A stretch of DNA of 35,178 nt, from positions 1 through 35,178 of the forward strand of contig CAZCEG010000002.1 of the NCBI GenBank assembly GCA_964497275.1, written 5' to 3'. Made by a program: the position numbers and the translations under genes. The notes below the pieces were generated by a model that had not been told where the DNA came from, ran no database searches, and saw only the letters and a list, made by a program, of their open reading frames with translations. Below are positions 17,530 through 24,660 of this stretch, in pieces; position 1 is the first letter of the stretch, and every line of letters begins with the position of its first letter. The stretch is from an uncultured Oceanicaulis sp. (GTDB lineage Bacteria > Pseudomonadota > Alphaproteobacteria > Caulobacterales > Maricaulaceae).

Positions 17530-18278
17530 TGCGGTCTTCCCTTCTACTTTCCGCAGCCATTGCCGCGGCACTTCCAGCAACAGTGTTTGCTCATGACGAA
17601 GCCAGACACGACCATGGCATCACTGCGGCGGTCGGGACAGCAACCATCGCTGATTTCGACATAATCGCGGCCTCGATCAGCACCGAGGGCCGGATCGCAA
17701 CCTTCACCATGTCAGTCTCCGGCACCCCGGGCGCGACCGGGCCGGACCCGGTTGGCGCGCTGGCCGGCGCGCCTGTCTTCTCCTACGTCTGGCCGACCAG
17801 CCTAGACCCGGCGACCGTCGGCTTTGAGGCCGGTGCCGGCATCCTGGCCTTTGCCGTCACCATCCATCCCGACTTCGACGACACCCCGTTGTTTGATGAA
17901 GGCAACACCGGCCGAACTGACGACGACGGCGGGATCTGGCACAGCCACTGGGTAGTGCTGGGCCCGGATGATGCCTGCGGGCCAGGCGCGCTCAAGGTGA
18001 TCGACATTCCTGACGGCACCACTCCCGCGCTGCCGCTGACCTGGCCTGGCCTGCCGATCCTGATCGACAGCCCAGGCTGGTCGCCGATCTTTGAAGGCGA
18101 CACGCTCAGCGTGCGCGTGCCATTCGCTGACATCGGCGCTGTCGAGGCCGCCAGTTACGACGGGGTGACGGCAGCGCTGAGGGTGAATGCCAACATCCAC
18201 GCCCCTCTGCTCTGCGTGACGGACGTATTCGACGTGGCCTCGGGCGATCTCAGCCTCCCAGGCAAGGTCAACCAATAA
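17526..18278 (+). CDS. Exported hypothetical protein, 250 aa
   Basis: Signal peptide ending VFA-HD; motifs YVWPTSLD, HPDFDDTPLFDE, WHSHWVVL and two Cys; ATGA-coupled to the thioredoxin. Confidence 0.85.
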   Translation: MMRSSLLLSAAIAAALPATVFAHDEARHDHGITAAVGTATIADFDIIAASISTEGRIATFTMSVSGTPGATGPDPVGALAGAPVFSYVWPTSLDPATVGFEAGAGILAFAVTIHPDFDDTPLFDEGNTGRTDDDGGIWHSHWVVLGPDDACGPGALKVIDIPDGTTPALPLTWPGLPILIDSPGWSPIFEGDTLSVRVPFADIGAVEAASYDGVTAALRVNANIHAPLLCVTDVFDVASGDLSLPGKVNQ

Positions 18279-18285
18279 CGAAACG

Positions 18286-18316
18286 CCGGCGGCGGCCACC
18301 CCGTCGCCGGTTCTTT
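18286..18316 (+). terminator. Intra-operon terminator-like hairpin
   Basis: CCGGCGGCGG-CCACC-CCGTCGCCGG followed by TTCTTT. Confidence 0.55.
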
Positions 18317-18339
18317 CCACAAGCTGCTAAGAGAAGCCA

Positions 18340-18588
18340 ATGACCAACTGGTTGCCCACCCTTGTGACCGAAACGCCGGAAGATGGCTATGATCTCGCCA
18401 TCACGCTGAGCCGCATGGCGGTGAAGAAGACCCAGCCGGACGACGCCGTTCGCGAGCGTTTGCGTGCTGACTATGAAACCGATGTGAAGGCGCTGGTTGC
18501 AATTTCGCAGGCGGTCGCTGTGAACTTCGCGACGATCGCGGCGGCCAATGACTACTGGTCCGCCCATGCAGGAGCGGAACGAACATGA
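18340..18588 (+). CDS. Hexameric tyrosine-coordinated heme protein (HTHP)
   Basis: WLPTLVT.TP..G.DLA..LSR.AVKKTQPD..VR..LR..YE.D..AL......V...F.TIAAANDYW closely resembles the Ruegeria pomeroyi HTHP as recalled, including the heme-ligand Tyr. Confidence 0.92.
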   Translation: MTNWLPTLVTETPEDGYDLAITLSRMAVKKTQPDDAVRERLRADYETDVKALVAISQAVAVNFATIAAANDYWSAHAGAERT

Positions 18589-19160
18589 CCGCCCACCTGC
18601 TTCCCGCGCCGCCACTCACCGTCAGGGAGTGGTTGAACGTGACCAAGCAACTGGACCTCGAAGCCGTCCGGGGCCGGGTCGTTCTGATCGAGGCGTTCCA
18701 AATGCTGTGCCCGGGCTGCGTCAGCCACGGCCTGCCGCAGGCGAAGCGCGTACGTGAGACCTTCCGCGAAGACGATGTCGCGGTGATCGGCCTGCACAGC
18801 GTGTTCGAGCATCACGACGCCCAGACGCCGGTCGCACTCGAAGCCTTCCTGCACGAATACCAAATCAGCTTTCCCATCGCGGTCGACGAACCGGGCGAGG
18901 ATCGCGGCCTGCCACGCACCATGGCCACCTATGGCATGCAGGGCACGCCCACCCTCGTGCTGATCGACCGGCAGGGGCGGCGCCGCGTGCAGCATTTCGG
19001 GCACGTCCCTGATCTGCGGCTCGGCGCAGAGATCATGGCGCTGATCGTCGAGCGCGAAGACCGAACAACCACGCCGGAAACTGTCGCCGATCCTTCCGCT
19101 CCGGCCTGCTACGAGGCCGGATGCATTGTTCCAACATCGCAAGAAGACCGTCCCGCATGA
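18585..19160 (+). CDS. Redoxin (AhpC/TSA-TlpA-like thioredoxin fold)
   Basis: LEAVRGRVVLIEAFQMLCPGC, GLHSVFEHH, QGTPTLVLIDRQG; ATGA-coupled to HTHP. Confidence 0.9.
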   Translation: MTAHLLPAPPLTVREWLNVTKQLDLEAVRGRVVLIEAFQMLCPGCVSHGLPQAKRVRETFREDDVAVIGLHSVFEHHDAQTPVALEAFLHEYQISFPIAVDEPGEDRGLPRTMATYGMQGTPTLVLIDRQGRRRVQHFGHVPDLRLGAEIMALIVEREDRTTTPETVADPSAPACYEAGCIVPTSQEDRPA

Positions 19161-19348
19161 AATCCGCCGTCGCCATCCGTCATGTCGGTTTCGCGGATCT
19201 CGGCGCCTTCACGCCCGCGACACGCTCGGCCGTGTACCAGATCCTCTACTGGGACATCGGCGAACATGAGCTATGGACGCTGGAGCCGGAGCTCGATCGC
19301 AAGGCGCAGGCGGTGCTCTCCGCTTTGCTCGGCGGGCTAGAAGTCTGA
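19157..19348 (+). pseudogene. Class I glutamine amidotransferase-like gene with in-frame internal deletion
   Basis: MKSAVAIRHVGF.DLG.F N-terminus joined to a C-terminal-like helix; catalytic LGGP/GICLG/QFHPE region absent; 63 aa. Confidence 0.7.
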
Positions 19349-19352
19349 GGCG

Positions 19353-20123
19353 ATGAGCGGCACGCCGGTCAGCCATGGCGGCTTCCCCGCAGCGCGAAGC
19401 GCCGAGGACATCGCGCGCAATCTCGCCGCCGTGCGGGCGCGGATCGCGGCGGCCTGCGCGCGCGCCGGGCGCGACCCGGCGGAGGTTAAGCTGCTGCCGG
19501 TCTCCAAGACGGTGGAGGAGGCCCGCATCCGCATGGCGCATGCGGCGGGGCTCTCCGAGTTCGGAGAGAACAAGGTGCAGGAGGCGCGTGAAAAGGCCGA
19601 GGCGATGGCCGATCTTCCCATCGCCTGGTCCGTGATCGGGCATTTGCAGACCAACAAGGCGAAGTACGTCGCCCGCTTCGCCGCCGAGTTCCAGGCGCTC
19701 GACAGCCTCAAACTAGCCGAAGCGCTCGACCGGCGGCTGCAGATCGAGGGCCGTTCGCTCGACGTTTTCGTGCAAGTCAACAGCTCGGGCGAGGCCTCCA
19801 AATACGGCCTCGCGCCGCAGGACGCGCCCGCCTTCCTGCGCGCGCTGCCCGTCTTCTCTGCGCTGAAGGTCCGCGGGCTGATGTCGCTCGCGCTGTTCTC
19901 CGCCGATGCAGTCCGCGTGCGTGCCTGCTTCCGGCTGATGCGCGATCTGCGCGACCGGCTGCGCCAGGACGCGCCCGATGGCGTCGCGCTCGATGACCTC
20001 TCCATGGGCATGTCGGGCGACTACGAGATCGCCATCGAGGAAGGCGCAACCGTTGTGCGCGTCGGTCAGGCGATCTTCGGCGCCCGCCCGCTGCCCAACA
20101 GGCATTACTGGCCGGGCACATAA
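19353..20123 (+). CDS. yggS: YggS/PLPBP pyridoxal phosphate-binding protein
   Basis: LLPVSKT, FGENKVQE, IGHLQTNKAK, GLMS, LSMGMSGDYEIAIEEGATVVRVGQAIFG. Confidence 0.95.
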   Translation: MSGTPVSHGGFPAARSAEDIARNLAAVRARIAAACARAGRDPAEVKLLPVSKTVEEARIRMAHAAGLSEFGENKVQEAREKAEAMADLPIAWSVIGHLQTNKAKYVARFAAEFQALDSLKLAEALDRRLQIEGRSLDVFVQVNSSGEASKYGLAPQDAPAFLRALPVFSALKVRGLMSLALFSADAVRVRACFRLMRDLRDRLRQDAPDGVALDDLSMGMSGDYEIAIEEGATVVRVGQAIFGARPLPNRHYWPGT

Positions 20124-20299
20124 GTTTTGCGCTGCTACAGAGAACGAACTTATTCTGAATCGTGCTGGTGCTGTCCTCAATGAGCTTTGGCGTTTCCCTC
20201 TGACCTAGCCTCGTCATCCAAGCCATTGAACTTGAATTCGTTTTGGGCCGTTGGGTTGTTGAAAATTCCCGTGTCAGGGCGTCCGGGCGGGCTGCGTGA

Positions 20300-20445
20300 G
20301 CCCTGACGCTGAAGCACGACGTGGATATGCCGGCAGACCATACCGAAACCGCGTCTCAGTGATTCCCCGGATTCTCTGTTCGATTGCGGCCTGCCCGGTG
20401 CGTCAGAATTTGGGTTCGCGATTGCGCAGGCTTCAACGCTTATAT
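20300..20445 (-). mobile_element. Degenerate IS3-family transposase OrfB fragment
   Basis: Minus strand RTGQAAIEQRIRGITETRFRYG, then after a frameshift RHIHVVLQRQG, resembling the IS3 ..QAALEQRI.EI.ETRVRYGYRRVHVLL.REG segment. Confidence 0.7.
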
Positions 20446-20611
20446 GAACTGAAAACGAGGAGCAACACTAGGCCGAACCACTACACCTCTCCAACAGAGA
20501 AATACTATGACTTAAGCAATGATCGCCGCACATGAATAGGCCTATGTATGAAAGTGTAAATTTTGTGGGAAGGATATGGTGCTGTTCCTATATTTAGGAA
20601 TAAATATAAGA

Positions 20612-21283
20612 TCATTTATAAATTGGGAATCCCATGATCTCCAGTGCTGCGCGGATCGAGATATTCCCGCGAACCATGTCATGGGGCGGCATCTCGGGAG
20701 TGCAACCAAGCTCGCCGCACGGCACCACGCCGTGCTCTGCGCGAATGATGGCAGGAACAGCCGACACGCCAAATGCCTGAAACGGTCGAGGATCGATCAT
20801 CAGACCGCCCGTCTCGTCCTCTTCAAAGAGATCCATAATCCGGGCCTGGGTCTGCTGCCAGTCGCCCCCATAGAAGCCCCGAATGACAATCGTGCCATTA
20901 AGTTCATCGGCTTCCCGCACCAGGCCGCGAAGCGCCTCATCTGGCATTCCGAGGCTCACGAGCACGTAAAGGACCGGACCTTCTAGCACTTCCGGCTCGA
21001 ACATACCTTCGATATTGAGATCTCCACCAAACATCTCACCGACCGCTCCGGAACCCTGCCGCGCCAGATCCACGCTATCTGGGAATGCCCCGTCTTGCGC
21101 CTCACGGATCCGGTCAGCTGATGACATCAGCCGATCAGCAAATTCCAGGGCGCTCTCCCCCTGAGCATCCCGGGCCGCCTCTAGGCCGGAGCGCATACGC
21201 TCCACCGCCTCCAGATCAATCGGGCTTGCCGGTTCATCTCCAGCCAGCGCCAGAGCCAATCCCATGGTCAGAATGCACAGCAA
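20612..21283 (-). CDS. trbC: F-type pilus assembly protein TrbC (C-terminus probably clipped)
   Basis: LYVLVSLGMP..AL, IVIRGF, IDPRPFQAFGV.AVPA, C..GC, HD.VRGNIS...ALE; TTG start 21283 after GGAGG. Confidence 0.88.
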   Translation of the reverse strand: MLCILTMGLALALAGDEPASPIDLEAVERMRSGLEAARDAQGESALEFADRLMSSADRIREAQDGAFPDSVDLARQGSGAVGEMFGGDLNIEGMFEPEVLEGPVLYVLVSLGMPDEALRGLVREADELNGTIVIRGFYGGDWQQTQARIMDLFEEDETGGLMIDPRPFQAFGVSAVPAIIRAEHGVVPCGELGCTPEMPPHDMVRGNISIRAALEIMGFPIYK

Positions 21284-22284
21284 TTTCTTTTCCTCCAAAG
21301 CAGGAAGCCAACATCCTCACCCGTGGCCGGCCAAGTCCGGCCGGACTCATAGATGACGGTCGATACCCCCACACGCGGACACGTCCCCGGACCGCTTACA
21401 TGAGGGTTGGGATTGACCAGCTGGAACCGGTATTGCTCGCGCGGCCAGATCGGAGCGAGCTGTCGTTGACACAGGGCAGCAGACCCCGACGTCCGATAAG
21501 CCAGCAGCTGACGATGCATCTTGTAGACCATACGTTCCGCCGCCAGGGCTGCACCCTGCACGCGTGTCGCATCCCTCTGGATATTGCCGTTCATCGGGTA
21601 GATCGACCCATGGCACCCGGCGCACCAATACATGCCGGGCACGTTGCGACCCGTAGTCGTGACCGTGGCACAATCGGCCACGCACGCCGCCTGCGCCAGA
21701 AGATTGCCGAACAGGATGCTTTCCGGGTGGATGAGATAGCTCAGCTCGTCATCCTGCCAGAGCGGATCCAGCTCTGAGATATAGGCGATATCAAACTGCC
21801 CGCGCTCCAGGCAGGCCGCGTCTGCCAGCAATTCCAGCCAGTAGAAGAGCGGGTAGACATAGTAATGGACGTGATACTGACCTCCAGACCACCGCCCATC
21901 GATGAAGGTGCGGCCCTTGTCTCCAATGTCGAAGCCCGGATCCAGCCGGATCCCGCCCAGATTCACAAAGCACCAAGGCCGCTTGGACACATCGAGAAGC
22001 CGGATCGGCTCCCAGAAACCTACCGCTATCCCCATGCGCACGAATGGCGGCGTCGGCATCGAGCACAGGCAGATCGGCAAAGTCGGATTATCGGTATCGG
22101 GCGCATTTCCGCTCAACGACACCTGCAGCCCGCCGACACTGAGAGGAAACATGCAGTCCCAGCAGATATCCCCGATAGGATTGACGAAGCCGCCCTCACA
22201 CCGGCTTTGTGCATGGCTGGCCCCTGCGCCGGTCAAACCGATCACGAGGCTTGTCATCAATACAGCCAGCCAACGCCTCGTCAT
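21268..22284 (-). CDS. traU: F-type conjugation protein TraU
   Basis: CEG.FVNPI.DICWDCMFPL, GFWEP.RL, YISELDPLWQDD, WCAGC.GS.YP..G, WRKRNCC. Confidence 0.95.
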   Translation of the reverse strand: MTRRWLAVLMTSLVIGLTGAGASHAQSRCEGGFVNPIGDICWDCMFPLSVGGLQVSLSGNAPDTDNPTLPICLCSMPTPPFVRMGIAVGFWEPIRLLDVSKRPWCFVNLGGIRLDPGFDIGDKGRTFIDGRWSGGQYHVHYYVYPLFYWLELLADAACLERGQFDIAYISELDPLWQDDELSYLIHPESILFGNLLAQAACVADCATVTTTGRNVPGMYWCAGCHGSIYPMNGNIQRDATRVQGAALAAERMVYKMHRQLLAYRTSGSAALCQRQLAPIWPREQYRFQLVNPNPHVSGPGTCPRVGVSTVIYESGRTWPATGEDVGFLLWRKRNCCAF

Positions 22285-22937
22285 GGCATGCCTCCGTCAA
22301 TCACCCGCCATTCAGCGCGCCCATACTGGCGCACCCTCACCAGGCGGCCTTCCTGTTCGATAGAGGCGGGCACGGCCGTAATTCCGAACCGGTTCGTCAG
22401 CACCCCCTCCTGATCGAAGAAGAAGCGCCTCTGATGGCGCTCCATGAGATCTAAAGGCTCTCCGTTCACGAGGATCAGCGACACCAGACCCTCGCGATTG
22501 CGGTAGCGTTCCAGCCCGAAGCGAACCTGGTCTTCTTCATCACCATCAATGAACACATAGCTGCGCGTCAGCGTTATCGTATCGAGCGGATTGACCTCCT
22601 GGCCGGCATGGGCAAACGCAACGCCTTCATGGTTCACGATGTCTTCCTCCACTACGATCGTCGGGTCGTAGAGCCAGCTTTCGCTCTCTTCCGCGTGAAG
22701 GATTCCTCTCACGGCCGGAGGACGACGAACCCGCGCTTCCGCGCGTTCGGCCGCCTGCTCGTTAAATGCGTCAATGCGGCCGTCGGCCTCCATTCGGGCC
22801 AGCCGCTCCGCGATCCACTCCAACAGATCCGGCTCCACGATCTCCCAGGTCTCCCCGTACACGCCATGGTCCTCGTTCACCGCAACACCGGCCAAGGCCC
22901 ACGCACAAACCACTCCCATTAGACCGGCTCCCATCAC
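22281..22937 (-). CDS. traW: F-type conjugation protein TraW
   Basis: D.GVYG.TW.I.EPDLL..I..RL, YDPT, G..VNPLD, FIDGD...QV, FFDQ.G.L..RFGI.AVPA. Confidence 0.93.
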   Translation of the reverse strand: MMGAGLMGVVCAWALAGVAVNEDHGVYGETWEIVEPDLLEWIAERLARMEADGRIDAFNEQAAERAEARVRRPPAVRGILHAEESESWLYDPTIVVEEDIVNHEGVAFAHAGQEVNPLDTITLTRSYVFIDGDEEDQVRFGLERYRNREGLVSLILVNGEPLDLMERHQRRFFFDQEGVLTNRFGITAVPASIEQEGRLVRVRQYGRAEWRVIDGGMP

Positions 22938-23464
22938 GCCACCTTCTTCTGCTGGCCAAGGTTCTCGATAGCGCGTTCGAGCAAGCGACTTTCTTGCAGC
23001 CGGTTCGGCTTTACCCGCACAAGCGGGATGCGAGCCTGCCCGAATACGTCATTGATCAGCTCGTCGCGCACGCGCCGTTCGGGACGGTCATGGCTGCTAT
23101 CGTCGACTTCGACCGCAAAAGCAGCTTCACCCTGCTGATCAAGAACCACAAAATCGACATGCTTCTGTGCCAGCTGGCTGAATACGCGCCACCAGGTTTT
23201 CTGACTGCCTGCTCTCATCCTGATCCGGATCAGATCCGCGACACGCACTTTGGGGGCGACGAACCCATTTCGGCCGACGCGGCGTGTCAGCCAGAAAAAA
23301 GCCCGCCGTTCGGCAGGGCTCAAAAACATGTCAACGCGCTCGTAGGCATACGTCGACACGCGCAGGCCAAGCCAGCCAGCCCGAGCGGCAACCACAATCA
23401 ACACCGCGAGTATCCCGAGAACGATCCACAGGGGTTGCTCCGCCAGTTCTAGCAGCATGTCCAT
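22934..23464 (-). CDS. DUF2726-like membrane-anchored protein (predicted restriction-endonuclease-like fold)
   Basis: N-terminal TM, then LSPAE..F, PKVRVADLI, KHVDFVVLD, AVEVDDSSH..R..RD..F..A.IPLVR; RBS GAGG before ATG 23464. Confidence 0.85.
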   Translation of the reverse strand: MDMLLELAEQPLWIVLGILAVLIVVAARAGWLGLRVSTYAYERVDMFLSPAERRAFFWLTRRVGRNGFVAPKVRVADLIRIRMRAGSQKTWWRVFSQLAQKHVDFVVLDQQGEAAFAVEVDDSSHDRPERRVRDELINDVFGQARIPLVRVKPNRLQESRLLERAIENLGQQKKVA

Positions 23465-23471
23465 TTGCACC

Positions 23472-23954
23472 TCACAGAACAGGTATCGCGCGGCCTTCAA
23501 TCGTCTCCACGGCGATCAATCCGATCTCGGCATACCGGCTGTCATACGAGTCCAGCGCGTCCGTGACCGCGAAAACATAACCTTCGGGAATGATGCCAGG
23601 CGCTATCGGCTCAAGCCCCCTGCCCTCGCGGCTTTCGTTGAGCGCGACACCGGACCAGTCTCCAGCGACGCTGACGCGCCGCCCCTCGACCTCGATCCGA
23701 TCGCCCGCCACACCCACGATCCGCTTCACAAACAGACCGTGATAAGCCGCCGTCTCCGGCGCGGGGAACACGGCCAGCTCACCGCGCCCCGGTAGCTCGC
23801 CCCGATCCACGATGAATGCCCAATGTGGCAAGCTCTCCGACAGATTAAGGCCGGCATACCAGCGTGGCTGAACGTTCAGCATCACGACAAACACGCAGCC
23901 AATCGCGACGACGCCGCCTAACCTGCCGATCATCGCCCAGGACAGGGTCATCAT
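23472..23954 (-). CDS. trhF: S26 pilin-processing peptidase (TrhF/TraF-type)
   Basis: NLSESLP (Ser), FVKRIVGVAGD (Lys), DSYDSRY..IGL..GRA.P. Confidence 0.88.
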   Translation of the reverse strand: MMTLSWAMIGRLGGVVAIGCVFVVMLNVQPRWYAGLNLSESLPHWAFIVDRGELPGRGELAVFPAPETAAYHGLFVKRIVGVAGDRIEVEGRRVSVAGDWSGVALNESREGRGLEPIAPGIIPEGYVFAVTDALDSYDSRYAEIGLIAVETIEGRAIPVL

Positions 23955-24388
23955 TCCGCCCTTTGCCTCGCAGCGCCGATCTCGCGCATTGTCTCGCGAT
24001 GCACCCAGCCGGTTATGTCGGTCATACGATCACCCCGGCCGACGACCGCTTCCGAAGCGATGACGACCGTGCCGGTCCGGGACGAAAACTCCTGGGTGAG
24101 CATATGGGCCGTCACCAGATAGCGATCGGTCATCCCTTCCAGTTCACTCGACGGCACCAGCTCCACGATCTCACTGGCGAAGAGGGACGCCAGCTGTTCA
24201 TAGGACACCATCACCATTTCGTCCTGCTTCTGGCGGCTCTCATGGAGCGCCAGCAGACTAAGTCCGGTTGAAATGATGATCGCTCCGCACAGAGCCAGAT
24301 CACCGATGTTTATCCCGCCGAACGCCCGGCGAATCCCTGCCAGAAGGCCCCTGCCCTCTTGGCCGATTTCTATGCTTGATTCAGCCAT
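23951..24388 (-). CDS. trbI: F-type TrbI-like protein
   Basis: Single TM, then VVIASEAVVG..DIT..V; position between traC and trhF/traW. Confidence 0.7.
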   Translation of the reverse strand: MAESSIEIGQEGRGLLAGIRRAFGGINIGDLALCGAIIISTGLSLLALHESRQKQDEMVMVSYEQLASLFASEIVELVPSSELEGMTDRYLVTAHMLTQEFSSRTGTVVIASEAVVGRGDRMTDITGWVHRETMREIGAARQRAE

Positions 24389-24657
24389 TGCGGCCTTCCT
24401 TTCCAACGCAGTGCGACAACGATCCCCAGCCATACGCACCAGACCGGCACAGCCACGCCAAGGAACGCCAGACGAGCGCCTTCTTCAGCGCGCGCGAAGT
24501 GGGTGAGGAAACTTCCGAGGAGGCCAGACGCGAGTACCAGATTGCCGCCCGTTACCAGCAGCAGCAGCACAATCTGTCCGCCATAAGTCAGGGCGATACA
24601 TTCCACGGCCCACACCAGCTGGACCACGACCCGACGCAAGAGGGAGATCGCGCCCAT
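24370..24657 (-). CDS. Small hypothetical membrane protein (95 aa)
   Basis: Fills the gap between traC and trbI, starts 3 nt after the traC stop, 2-3 hydrophobic segments. Confidence 0.65.
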   Translation of the reverse strand: MGAISLLRRVVVQLVWAVECIALTYGGQIVLLLLVTGGNLVLASGLLGSFLTHFARAEEGARLAFLGVAVPVWCVWLGIVVALRWKGRPQWLNQA

Positions 24658-24660
24658 CGG

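Noticed and set aside
20480-20630. AT-rich tract as a replication origin
   Set aside because: No iterons, DnaA boxes or rep gene seen; better explained as junction debris.
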